Shown here: positions 27,424 to 36,636 of the stretch, one piece after another
Layout of the letters: every line of letters starts with the position of its first letter
Position numbering within the stretch: position 1 is the first letter of the stretch
NCBI GenBank assembly: GCA_963693095.2
Contig: OY843768.1
Span: forward strand, 288,001 to 352,000
Reading direction: 5' to 3'
DNA from: Cenarchaeum sp.
GTDB lineage: Archaea > Thermoproteota > Nitrososphaeria > Nitrososphaerales > Nitrosopumilaceae
Length of the DNA: 64,000 nt
Program-made: the position numbers and the translations under genes
The notes under the pieces: model-generated
Databases searched by the model: none
What the model saw: the letters and a program-made list of their open reading frames with translations, nothing else
Told to the model about the DNA's origin: nothing

Positions 27424-27615
27424 CACGCGCCCCCAAAACCGCTTCAAATTTAACCTTGACGTGCCTATGTGGCCAAATCGCCCCTCATGCGCGCACGGCT
27501 GCGCGCCTCAGGCCATGGGGTGAGCCATGGCCAAAACGGGCTCTCAGTCTCCCCGTCGCGGTTCGTGCCCTAGAGGGCGCGCTATTGGGGCGCAGGCTGT
27601 GGTCCTGCGCACGCG

Positions 27616-28149
27616 TCAAAAGTCTATTCCCTTTTTTGCCCTGATTCCGCGCTTGAACGGGTGCCGAACCTCCTTCATCTCGGTGATGAGGTCTGCCGCA
27701 TCGAGTATGCGCTCGTCTGCGCGGTTGCCGGTCAGGACGAGGGTGAGCCCGCGGGGACGCGAGGTGATGAGGCCCAGCACGTCTGCCGCATCGACTAGCC
27801 CGAGGCTAGTCGCATAGTTGACCTCGTCTAGCATGACAATGTCATACTTGCCCGAGGATATTCTCCTTGCGGCCTCGCGCAGCGACTCGGCGGCGACCTT
27901 TACGTGAACCTCCTTGTCGCTCGTGTCATCCATTATTCCCACAAACCCGTGTCCGGACGCGACGAGCTCAAAGTTTGGCGCCAGGAGCTTTGCAGAGTCA
28001 AGCTCGCCATAATGCCATGATCCCTTGATGAACTGGACCATGCACACGCGCTTGTCCTGGCCGACGGCGCGCAGTGCCATGCCCAGGGCAGCAGTGGTCT
28101 TGCCCTTGCCGCCACCGGTGTACACTATGACTAGTCCGTCGTCTGCCAT
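27616..28149 (-). CDS. cobO: cob(I)yrinic acid a,c-diamide adenosyltransferase
   Basis: YTGGGKGKTTAALG, VQFIKG, MLDE, VLTG, ADLITEM..HPF..G..GIDF. Confidence 0.95.
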   Translation of the reverse strand: MADDGLVIVYTGGGKGKTTAALGMALRAVGQDKRVCMVQFIKGSWHYGELDSAKLLAPNFELVASGHGFVGIMDDTSDKEVHVKVAAESLREAARRISSGKYDIVMLDEVNYATSLGLVDAADVLGLITSRPRGLTLVLTGNRADERILDAADLITEMKEVRHPFKRGIRAKKGIDF

Positions 28150-28374
28150 CTGTGCGGCACCATGAACTGCCCCGCTAATAGCATTGTCGGCGCCTGCCAC
28201 GCACGCACTCGCGCGGGGCCGTCGAGCAGTCCCGGCACGCGTGCTGTGGGCCTGCATGGCGGCCTTGCGCGAACAGGGCTCGCCTGCAGGTGCCATGTGG
28301 GCAGCCTGCGCGCCTGCCGCGTGCCCACACTTGCCCGTATGCACTTAAATAAAAAAAGCGCACGCGCCCCCGCA

Positions 28375-29748
28375 ATGAGGATACCTAGAATTGTCATCGC
28401 CGGCGTGTCTAGCGGCGTGGGCAAGACGCTCGTTGCGTGCGCCGTGACGCACGGCATACGCAAGCGCGGGTACACCGTGCAGCCGTTCAAGGTGGGTCCG
28501 GACTATATCGACCCTGGCTACCTCTCGCTTGCGGCCGGAAGGGACGCGCGAAACCTTGACACGTGGATAATGGGCCGCTCGCGCATGGTCGAGAGCTTTG
28601 CGCAGTCCTCGACATCAGACGTCTCTGTCATCGAGGGCGTCATGGGCCACTATGACGGGCTCTCCGGGCGGTCCAACAGGGCGAGCACGTTCGAGGCCGC
28701 GCAGATACTCGACGCGCCTGTCATACTAGTGGTCGACGCGAGCCGCGCGGCGCGCTCAATTGCGGCGACTGTCAAGGGGTTTGCGACATACCAAAAGCCC
28801 TCCAACATCATAGGCGTTGTGCTCAACAGGGTCGGCAGCAGGAGGCACGTGGACTTTTGCGCCGACTCACTAGAGCAGGCGGGCATGGCCGTCCTCGGCT
28901 CGATACCGCGCGACGAGTCTTATGCGCTAGAGTCTAGGCACCTTGGCCTGATCCCGCCAATTGAGGGCAGCGCAAGGGCAAAAAAGGCCATCGCGGCGTT
29001 TAACGGGGTCGAGGAGTGCATTGATGTTGACACCATAATAAACACCGCCGACTCGGCGCGCTCGCTAAAGATTGCGCGCCCTGAGCCAAGGCCAAAAAAG
29101 CCAAAACGCGCAACGATCGCCGTTGCGCTTGACTCGTCATTCAACTTTTACTATCGCGACAACCTCGATGCCCTCGAGCGCGAGGGCGCACGACTAAAGT
29201 TCTTTAGCCCCGTTGCCGACAAGCGACTGCCAGAGTGTGATGGCCTCTATATCGGCGGCGGGTTTCCCGAAGTTCTCGGCTCGTCACTGGAGAACAACTC
29301 GTCGATGAGGCGCGCAATACGCGCGCATGCGATAGACGAGCGCCGCACGATATATGCCGAATGCGGCGGCCTCATGTACCTGACGCGCGGGATCACCTCA
29401 GGCAAGCGGCGCTATGTGATGTCTGGCGTGATCGACGCGCAGACGAAAATGGCAAAAAAGCCGGTTTTGGGATACACGCGCGGCATGATCACGCGAAAGT
29501 GCATCATCTCGCCGCGTCCGCTCAACATGCGCGGCCACGAGTTTCACTATTCGACAATATCTGACGTTCCGCGTGACACGGCCTTTGCGTACTCGCTTGA
29601 GGTAGGAACGGGCATCGCCGGCGGGCGTGACGGCATCATGCAGGACGCGGTTCTCGCGTCTTATGGGCACCTCTACTTTGGGGACACGCTAGCCGGCAAC
29701 AGGGCAGGCAGCATCGTCGAGGCGACGCGCGCGGCCGCGCGGCGCTAG
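28375..29748 (+). CDS. cbiA: cobyrinate a,c-diamide synthase
   Basis: SGVGKT, FKVGPDYIDP, SRHLGL, GGGFPE, YAECGGLMYL, GHEFHYS. Confidence 0.95.
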   Translation: MRIPRIVIAGVSSGVGKTLVACAVTHGIRKRGYTVQPFKVGPDYIDPGYLSLAAGRDARNLDTWIMGRSRMVESFAQSSTSDVSVIEGVMGHYDGLSGRSNRASTFEAAQILDAPVILVVDASRAARSIAATVKGFATYQKPSNIIGVVLNRVGSRRHVDFCADSLEQAGMAVLGSIPRDESYALESRHLGLIPPIEGSARAKKAIAAFNGVEECIDVDTIINTADSARSLKIARPEPRPKKPKRATIAVALDSSFNFYYRDNLDALEREGARLKFFSPVADKRLPECDGLYIGGGFPEVLGSSLENNSSMRRAIRAHAIDERRTIYAECGGLMYLTRGITSGKRRYVMSGVIDAQTKMAKKPVLGYTRGMITRKCIISPRPLNMRGHEFHYSTISDVPRDTAFAYSLEVGTGIAGGRDGIMQDAVLASYGHLYFGDTLAGNRAGSIVEATRAAARR

Positions 29749-30365
29749 GCTGACTTGAAGAGCGCGTTTAGTATGGCTGCAGCGGCCGCACTCCCGCCCT
29801 TTCTGCCCGAGTTTGTTATGCATGTGAGGCCAGATGCGGCGAGTGCCTCCTTTGACTCTACGGCCGAGACAAATCCCACGGGAATTCCCACTGTGAGGGC
29901 CGGCCGCACGATGCCCTCTTTGACCATCTCGAGGAGCTCGAGGAGGGCAGTCGGCGCATTGCCGACCACGACGACCCCGCCGTCGACCTCCTCGGCTGAC
30001 TCGCGCATTGCGGCGCGCGAGCGCGTCGTGCCCTCGCGCCTTGCGCGCTCGGCGACCTGCGGCTCCGAGACGCGGCAGGAGACGCCGCAGCCGCACTCGG
30101 CGACGTGGCGCGCGCTTATGAGGCCAGTGACGCCATGGACGTCAGCCACGATGGGCGCGCCTTTGTGCAGTGCGGCAGCACCGGTGCGCACGGCATCGCC
30201 AACAAAAGAGATCGCGCACGAGCGCGCAAAGTCAAAGTCTGCTGTCGAGTGTATGACGCGCCTCACTATGGGCCATTCGGCCTCCGAGTACGGGTGATCG
30301 CCAATTTCAGAGTCGATGATCCTCATGCTCTCGTCCTCTATGTTCTGCCCTGCCCTAGTCTGCAC
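29745..30365 (-). CDS. cbiC: precorrin-8X methylmutase
   Basis: RRVIHSTADF, GNAPTALL, GIPVGFV, GRKGGS. Confidence 0.95.
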   Translation of the reverse strand: MQTRAGQNIEDESMRIIDSEIGDHPYSEAEWPIVRRVIHSTADFDFARSCAISFVGDAVRTGAAALHKGAPIVADVHGVTGLISARHVAECGCGVSCRVSEPQVAERARREGTTRSRAAMRESAEEVDGGVVVVGNAPTALLELLEMVKEGIVRPALTVGIPVGFVSAVESKEALAASGLTCITNSGRKGGSAAAAAILNALFKSA

Positions 30366-31113
30366 TGCCCTCGACCTCCATTGCCCTCTCGACTATCAGG
30401 TTTACCATTACGGGATCTGTTCCGAGATGGCGCGTGACGTGTGCGGTCTTTATGCCGTGTTTCTCTAGTGCGGGGTTGAGGTCCGCATAGATGTCGCGCT
30501 TTACGTGCGCGCCCTCGTGCAAAAAGTAAAAGACGACGACGAGCGCCTCGGGCTTGTCCTTTGCGTATTGGGATATTCCGCTGGCAATGTCTGGCTGCTC
30601 TATCTCTAAGAGGCAGTATGATGCGCTCTTGTACGCTGGCCTTATGCGGTCAATGACGTACTCTAGTGATCTCTTTGCGTTCGGATCCACGCTGCCATGG
30701 CCAACGACGAGCACGTCGACATTTGCGCTCTGCATGCCTGAGAGTCCTGACCCGTCAAGCGCATCGCGTATGCGGCTGTTAACTAGCTCCACTAGCGTCT
30801 TGTGCATTCTCATGGACTGCGTGATGAGCAGCTTTGTGCGCGTCTTTGACTGCATGCGCATCGCATCACGCACGGCGACCTTTAGCTTTTTGCCCGGATA
30901 CAAAAAGTAGGGCACGATTGTGAGCGTGTCGAGGTTCTCGGCTAGCGCATGCTCAAAGCCCTCGGGCATGAACGGCGGGATGACCTCCAAAAAGCAGTAC
31001 GCCGCATAGTCGTACCCGCCCCTCTCTTTGACGCGCGCGCAAATCTCGTCAAGCTCGGCCTTGACCTCAGCCTCCCTGCTTCCCCTGTCTATTATGAGGA
31101 GTCCGCGCCTCAT
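30355..31113 (-). CDS. cbiX: sirohydrochlorin cobaltochelatase (two-domain CbiX)
   Basis: DRGS/GHGS, FLE/LLE..P, PYFL, GAHVKRDI, HLG. Confidence 0.9.
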   Translation of the reverse strand: MRRGLLIIDRGSREAEVKAELDEICARVKERGGYDYAAYCFLEVIPPFMPEGFEHALAENLDTLTIVPYFLYPGKKLKVAVRDAMRMQSKTRTKLLITQSMRMHKTLVELVNSRIRDALDGSGLSGMQSANVDVLVVGHGSVDPNAKRSLEYVIDRIRPAYKSASYCLLEIEQPDIASGISQYAKDKPEALVVVFYFLHEGAHVKRDIYADLNPALEKHGIKTAHVTRHLGTDPVMVNLIVERAMEVEGSAD

Positions 31114-32171
31114 TGTCCCACCCTTGCCACGGCAAGCGTCAGGTCTGGCGGAAATTTGTGCTTTTGCACGATGAGCCTGCCCCCGCGCGAGGATGCGAGC
31201 GCGGCGGCCTCTGACACGCTCGGCGTGCCCTCGAGGCGCTCGACGGTCTCTGACGGGTTTGGCGCCTCGATGCGCGCAAGCTTTTCCCTGTCGATGAGCT
31301 CTAGGTCCACCTTGAGTGTGCGCGCTGCCTCCTCGAGTCCGGCCACATCAACAGGCTTTTTGACCGAGACGAGGCGCGCAACGCACATGGGGCTCAGCGA
31401 GTTGCTCCTTAGCGTGGACTCGAGGGACTCGATAATCTTTGATGGCGGCGTGTCCCTGTGGACGCCGACGCCGACGACTAGGCTGCGCGGCCTATAGACG
31501 ACGGTGGGCACCGACATTGCGCCAACGTCAGTGTCGGCTATGACTAGCGCGCCGGCGCACCCCGACTCTGCAATCTCGGCAACACTAGAGCAGACGGTGA
31601 CATTTGCCGGCAGGACTCTGCCGTCTCCGATGATGCCGCGCTTGCCGGCCTTTTGCAGCAGCCCAATCTTTTCACCATTGACCATCATTGCGCTCACGCG
31701 CGTGACGTGCTCATCGCCGTCTATCCTCCAGCCCTCCTTGCGCCCCACAAGGTCCACTGCGATGGTCTTGTTGACGTCAGCAGCCGTCGTTATGACCGGA
31801 GTCGCGCCGATCCTTGAGCCGATGTCGCGCGCAAGCTCGTTGGCCCCGCCGAGGTGTCCGGATAGCGTGCTGATGACAAATTCCGCCGAGTCATCAATCA
31901 CTATGATCGCGGGATCCGTCTTTTTGCTCTTCATGTGCGGGGCCACTAGCCGGATGACGGCCCCTAGCGAGAATATGCACACGAGGCCGTCTGTCGACGC
32001 AAACAGCCTCCCGACTGTCTCGGGGGTGGGTTCGGCAAACCATGACACGCCGCCCTGCCCGTCGTCGAGCTTTGAGGGCGCATGAACCGTCCAGTCCGGA
32101 TAGAGCTCACCCAGGCGCCTTCCGGTCTTTACGCCGTTCTTTGTGATCGCGACAACTGCGACTCGCTCCAT
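31110..32171 (-). CDS. cbiG: cobalt-precorrin 5A hydrolase
   Basis: KKTDPAIIVID, LSGHLGGANELA, PVITTAAD, SVSEAAAL. Confidence 0.95.
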   Translation of the reverse strand: MERVAVVAITKNGVKTGRRLGELYPDWTVHAPSKLDDGQGGVSWFAEPTPETVGRLFASTDGLVCIFSLGAVIRLVAPHMKSKKTDPAIIVIDDSAEFVISTLSGHLGGANELARDIGSRIGATPVITTAADVNKTIAVDLVGRKEGWRIDGDEHVTRVSAMMVNGEKIGLLQKAGKRGIIGDGRVLPANVTVCSSVAEIAESGCAGALVIADTDVGAMSVPTVVYRPRSLVVGVGVHRDTPPSKIIESLESTLRSNSLSPMCVARLVSVKKPVDVAGLEEAARTLKVDLELIDREKLARIEAPNPSETVERLEGTPSVSEAAALASSRGGRLIVQKHKFPPDLTLAVARVGQ

Positions 32172-32201
32172 GCCGCAGCGCGCGCGTGTTGGTATAATAT
32201 C

Positions 32202-33284
32202 CTATTCTGGCGGCCACTCGGCGAGAACCCCGCCGTCAAAGCCAAAGAGCGTGACCCTCACGGCGAGCCCGCCCCCGCAGTGGCCATACATCTCGGCGTG
32301 CGCACGGCGCGCTATTCCCCCAAAAAAGCCGTCGATCTTGCGTTCTGTGGCGATCTCTCCGGCATGCCTGGCCGTGTTGGCCGCGGCGATCGCATCGACG
32401 GCCTCTGCGCCGGCGCCGCACTCGCGCGCTATGCCGGCGAGAAACCCCATGTCCACCTTTGAGCCCTTGACGTGCGTCTGCTTTACGCCTGCGGCGATTT
32501 TGGCGAGCTTGCCGACAAACCCGACGACATGCGCACTGCGTATGCCGGACTTTGCGCACTGGCGTATGGCATACCCGCCAAAGTCGCCCATCTGCACATA
32601 GCAGTGGTCATTGAGCGATACGATGCGCCTCGCATACTCCTCGCTGCGCCCACCCGTGCTGAGGACTACATCCGTCTCGCCCATTGCCACTGCCACGTCG
32701 ATGTTTTGTCGTATCGACGCCGCAAAGGCCGCAGTCGAGAACGGGACGACAATCCCGCTCGTTCCCAGTATGGATATGCCGCCGACTATGCCGAGCCGTG
32801 GGTTGTCCGTCCTTGCGCCAATCTCCGCGCCGCCTGCGACTGACACGGTGACCCTGACGCCGTGGGTTGCTAGCTGCGCTGCGCCTGCCTCGCGCACGCC
32901 GCCCTCGATCATGGTGCGCGGCACGGGATTTATGGCCGCCTTGCCGATCTCGAGGCCGAGTCCGGGCTTTGTGACTGTCCCGACACCCTCGCCTCCGAGT
33001 ATCTCGACGGCTCCTGCATCACCGACAAGCTCGCACTCTACGGCAATCTCGGCGCCATGCGTCACGTCAGGATCATCACCGCCGTCCTTTATGACGGTGC
33101 ATCTCGCGCGCTCTGGAGAGAACTCGCACGTCGCTATCGCTATCTTGATCGAGCCGCCGCGCGGGAGCGGAACGTCGACTGTGTCGGTGCGCGACTGTGA
33201 TGCGATGCTTGCCATGCACGCGCGCGCCGCCGCTGCCGCTGACGTTCCGGTCGTAAACCCCGTGCGCATCCCCTTTTTGCCCAA
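32202..33284 (-). CDS. cbiD: cobalt-precorrin-5B C1-methyltransferase
   Basis: RTGFTTGTSA, KDGGDDPDVTHGA, GGEGVG, NPRLGIVGGISILGTSG; start uncertain. Confidence 0.95.
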   Translation of the reverse strand: MGKKGMRTGFTTGTSAAAAARACMASIASQSRTDTVDVPLPRGGSIKIAIATCEFSPERARCTVIKDGGDDPDVTHGAEIAVECELVGDAGAVEILGGEGVGTVTKPGLGLEIGKAAINPVPRTMIEGGVREAGAAQLATHGVRVTVSVAGGAEIGARTDNPRLGIVGGISILGTSGIVVPFSTAAFAASIRQNIDVAVAMGETDVVLSTGGRSEEYARRIVSLNDHCYVQMGDFGGYAIRQCAKSGIRSAHVVGFVGKLAKIAAGVKQTHVKGSKVDMGFLAGIARECGAGAEAVDAIAAANTARHAGEIATERKIDGFFGGIARRAHAEMYGHCGGGLAVRVTLFGFDGGVLAEWPPE

Positions 33285-33473
33285 CGTGCGCCATGGGGAG
33301 CCACCTTGTGTAATATCTCTTGGCGCGCAGTGGGCGCCTTTTGGCGCGCCTGGCGCGCAATTGCGTGCTGATGGCATGGCCTGGGGCGCCATGCGTGGCA
33401 CGCGTGCTCGCCGGTTATGGGACAACGCCCGCATGGCAGAGCCTTTAAAATCGCCCCGCCTGCGTCGTGCCCC

Positions 33474-34304
33474 GTGCGCAGCGGCATTGCGGTAACTGGC
33501 GCGACGGGGTATGTGGGAAAGAACCTGCGCCGCCTCTTGGCGCGCCGACGAATTCCGGCAGTCTGCCTCTCTAGGAAAAAGTTTGCCGCACGCCGCACGG
33601 AGACTGCCGTGCGGTCCGGTGACTGGACCTCTGCGCGCGCCACATCTGCGCTGCGCTCGTGCCGCGCAATGGTCCACCTTGCCGGAGTCGGCAGGCATTC
33701 GGGTCCCGGAGGCTATGCGCAAAATGTTGCGCTCGCCGAGGCTGCCGTCCTGGCGTGCCGGCAGGCGCGCATCCCAAAGATCGTCTTTGTCAGCGGGCTT
33801 GGGGCCGACTCGGCGGCGACGGGATACTTTGCCTCAAAGCTTGCCGCCGAGCGGGCCATATCGTCCTCACGCGTTGCGCACGCGATATTTCGCGCCTCGT
33901 ACATTGTGGGCCGGCAGGACGCGCTGAGCTCAAAGATACGGCGCATGGCGCGCTCTGGGGGGGTCGTCGTGCCGGGCAGCGGGCGCTATGAGATACAGCC
34001 GATCCATGTCGATGACGCGTGCGCCGTCCTGCTCGGCGAGGCGCTGCGCGCCGGCGGCGCGCGCACGCTTGACCTTGTTGGGCCCCGGCGCGTGGCATAT
34101 GGCCGCTTTGCGGCAATGCTCGCCGGCACACGTTCCGTGCGCAGGGTCACGATGGAGTCTGCGCTGCGCGATGCCGCACGCAGCGCCAGCGCGCCGTATG
34201 ACATTGACGAGCTGGCCATACTCGCCGGCAGCTTTGTCGGCGACCATGATGCGCTCCGGCGCTCCTCGGGACTAGAGTTCTGCGACCTGCGCGAGATGCT
34301 ATAG
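33474..34304 (+). CDS. NAD-dependent epimerase/dehydratase (NDUFA9-like SDR)
   Basis: [27 protein letters not shown]; start uncertain. Confidence 0.85.
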   Translation: MRSGIAVTGATGYVGKNLRRLLARRRIPAVCLSRKKFAARRTETAVRSGDWTSARATSALRSCRAMVHLAGVGRHSGPGGYAQNVALAEAAVLACRQARIPKIVFVSGLGADSAATGYFASKLAAERAISSSRVAHAIFRASYIVGRQDALSSKIRRMARSGGVVVPGSGRYEIQPIHVDDACAVLLGEALRAGGARTLDLVGPRRVAYGRFAAMLAGTRSVRRVTMESALRDAARSASAPYDIDELAILAGSFVGDHDALRRSSGLEFCDLREML

Positions 34305-35462
34305 GCCGGCGGCGCCACGAAGCGCGTCCACCATGTCCGTGCGCTCCCACGTAAAGCCCTCGCCGCTGCGTCCAAAGTGGCCATACGCCGCAGTCTGCGC
34401 GTATATTGGCCTCTTGAGGTCAAGCCTCGATATTATCGCAGACGGCCTCATGTCAAACGTGCTTCGCGCGCACTCCTCTATGCGCGTCTCGGGCAGCTTT
34501 TCTGTCCCAAACGCGTTGACCATGAGCGACACGGGCTCGGCCACTCCTATGGCATAGGCGACCTGGACCTCGCACCTTGAGGCAAGGCCGGCGGCGACTA
34601 TGTTCTTTGCGACATAGCGGCACATATAGCACGCCGAGCGGTCGACCTTTGAGGGATCCTTGCCAGAGAACGCGCCGCCGCCATGCCTGCCAAACCCGCC
34701 GTACGTGTCGACGATTATCTTTCTGCCAGTCACTCCGGCGTCCCCGTGCGGGCCGCCTATCTCAAACTTGCCGGTTGGATTGACGTGAATGTCAATCCCG
34801 TCGCGCCAGAGCTCCCCGCACGATGGCGTGATCACCCTAGAGACGACCGTGTCGCGTATCTCCTCGTTTGAGACGTCTGGCGCGTGCTGCGTCGAGACCA
34901 CTACTGCATCGATGCCAGTCGGCCTGTTGTCCTCGTACATTACTGACACCTGCGACTTGCCATCAGGGCGCATCCACGGCACCTCGCCGGACTTGCGCAG
35001 CTCTGAGAGGCGGCGCGTCATTGCGTGCGCCATCATTATCGGCATTGGCATGAGCTCTGGCGTCTCGTCAGTCGCATACCCGAACATGAGTCCCTGGTCA
35101 CCGGCACCCTGCTCGCCATTGCCGGCCGTGACCCCGCGGCTAATGTCCGGACTCTGGGGATGGAGCCTCATGTCGACCTTGCACGAGTCAGCGTCAAACT
35201 CTAGTGCGGGATCGTTGTAGCCTATGTCGCGCACGGTCCTCCTCACGATCTCTTCTTGCTCGGCCTCGCCAATCCTTGCGCGCGTCGTGACCTCGCCGGC
35301 AACGGCGATAAACCCCGTCGTTATCAGCGTCTCGACGGCGACCCTCGAGTCGGGGTCCCCGGCAATGAACGCGTCGACTAGCGCGTCTGATATCTGGTCA
35401 CATATCTTGTCGGGATGACCCTCCGTGACGGATTCGGAGCTAAACTGGGATCTGCGCGCCAT
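34299..35462 (-). CDS. metK: S-adenosylmethionine synthetase (bacterial/eukaryotic type)
   Basis: [42 protein letters not shown]. Confidence 0.97.
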   Translation of the reverse strand: MARRSQFSSESVTEGHPDKICDQISDALVDAFIAGDPDSRVAVETLITTGFIAVAGEVTTRARIGEAEQEEIVRRTVRDIGYNDPALEFDADSCKVDMRLHPQSPDISRGVTAGNGEQGAGDQGLMFGYATDETPELMPMPIMMAHAMTRRLSELRKSGEVPWMRPDGKSQVSVMYEDNRPTGIDAVVVSTQHAPDVSNEEIRDTVVSRVITPSCGELWRDGIDIHVNPTGKFEIGGPHGDAGVTGRKIIVDTYGGFGRHGGGAFSGKDPSKVDRSACYMCRYVAKNIVAAGLASRCEVQVAYAIGVAEPVSLMVNAFGTEKLPETRIEECARSTFDMRPSAIISRLDLKRPIYAQTAAYGHFGRSGEGFTWERTDMVDALRGAAGL

Positions 35463-35477
35463 GCGGGCTTGCACCGC

Positions 35478-35741
35478 CTAGAGGTCCTTTTCGAGCTTTA
35501 TGAACAGGACATTGTTCCCGCGCAGTATGGCGCGCGCATAGTTGGCCACCGGCTTGCCATCGCGCAGCTCCTTGGCGTCAGTCATTATGAGGTTCATGTA
35601 CGTGTCGACGCTGTCCATCCTGCCCTTGTACTCTGTCTCGTTCTTTAGCCTCACGACGACCTGCTTCTTGGTGCACTTTTGGAGCGTTGGGAGCGGCCGC
35701 TTGCCCTGGGTTGATGACACTATGACATCACTTGAGCGCAT
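35478..35741 (-). CDS. Sm/Lsm RNA-binding protein
   Basis: Sm1 (VRLKN..YKGRM..VD.YMNL) and Sm2 (ILRGNNV) motifs; start uncertain. Confidence 0.9.
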   Translation of the reverse strand: MRSSDVIVSSTQGKRPLPTLQKCTKKQVVVRLKNETEYKGRMDSVDTYMNLIMTDAKELRDGKPVANYARAILRGNNVLFIKLEKDL

Positions 35742-35798
35742 GGACCGCATGGTAGGTTAAAAGCCTTTATGCAAATCCCGGTGCAACCGCTTTAAGAG

Positions 35799-36488
35799 TT
35801 GGGCACGCCGGCCCATGATGCCTTGGGAGAGCCCACCGGATTCACCCGCCTCGACTCGCTGCTAGGCGGCGGCCTGGGCGCCGGCGCGATCACTGACGTT
35901 TATGGGGCCGCCGGCTGCGGCAAGACGCAGCTCGTAAAGCAGGCTGCGGCCTCGTGCCTCGCGCGCGGCCGGCGCGTCGCCATGGTCGACACGACGGGCA
36001 AGTTCCGCCCCGAGAGGGTCCTGGCGATGCTGCGCGCCATGGGCTGCGCAGACGGCGCGCTTGGGCGCCTAGATGTCATTCGCGCAACTGGCGCGTCTGA
36101 GCAGGCCGCCTCGACTGCGACCCTGGCGTCTTCGGGAGCAAGCCTCGTCATCATCGACAGCGCATCTGACCTGTTCTCCCTAGAGTATGGCCGTGAGGCC
36201 CAAATCCCAGAAAAGAACTCGCTGTTCATGGTGTACATGCGCGGCCTGGCCGACCTTGCGCTGCGCCTCTCGATCCCAATTGTCATCACCAACATGATCC
36301 GCGAGTTTGACGGAGTCGAGCGCGAGAACCTGCAGGCGTCGATCAGGCAGTTTGCGCACGCGAGGATCCGCCTCTCGCGCACCGGCGGGCGCTATTCGGG
36401 AAGCGTCATGCTGCCCGGCCGAACCCTGGCGTTCGGATACCGCATAGGCGAGGCTGGCCTGTGCGATGACGCTGCCCAAGATATTTAA
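35799..36488 (+). CDS. RadA/RadB-like recombinase paralog
   Basis: LDSLLGGG, Walker A GAAGCGKTQ, DTTGKFRPER, IIDS, VITN. Confidence 0.85.
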   Translation: MGTPAHDALGEPTGFTRLDSLLGGGLGAGAITDVYGAAGCGKTQLVKQAAASCLARGRRVAMVDTTGKFRPERVLAMLRAMGCADGALGRLDVIRATGASEQAASTATLASSGASLVIIDSASDLFSLEYGREAQIPEKNSLFMVYMRGLADLALRLSIPIVITNMIREFDGVERENLQASIRQFAHARIRLSRTGGRYSGSVMLPGRTLAFGYRIGEAGLCDDAAQDI

Positions 36489-36516
36489 CTCGCCGCGCGC
36501 GCCGCACGGCGAGAGC

Positions 36517-36636
36517 TTGGCAGGAATCTTTGACGCAATACCCGCACTCGCCCTGGTCCTCTTTGTGGCGGGACTAGTGGGCGCTATGGCTTATGAGAGG
36601 TTCAGGCCAAAGGGGACACGGGCGGGTTCAGACTGA
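36517..36636 (+). CDS. 39-aa single-TM microprotein (not in ORF track)
   Basis: TTG start ~28 nt after TATTTAA; MAGIFDAIPALALVLFVAGLVGAMAYERFRPKGTRAGSD. Confidence 0.45.
   Translation: MAGIFDAIPALALVLFVAGLVGAMAYERFRPKGTRAGSD

Noticed and set aside
27616-33284. Cobalamin cluster or a cobalamin riboswitch as unusual
   Set aside because: B12 synthesis is well established in this group; no B12-box consensus was recognisable in the intergenic regions
34299-35462. Bacterial-type MetK (and mitochondrial-type aconitase at 46518) in an archaeon as recent HGT
   Set aside because: Both types are, to my knowledge, standard in Thaumarchaeota, and composition is host-like
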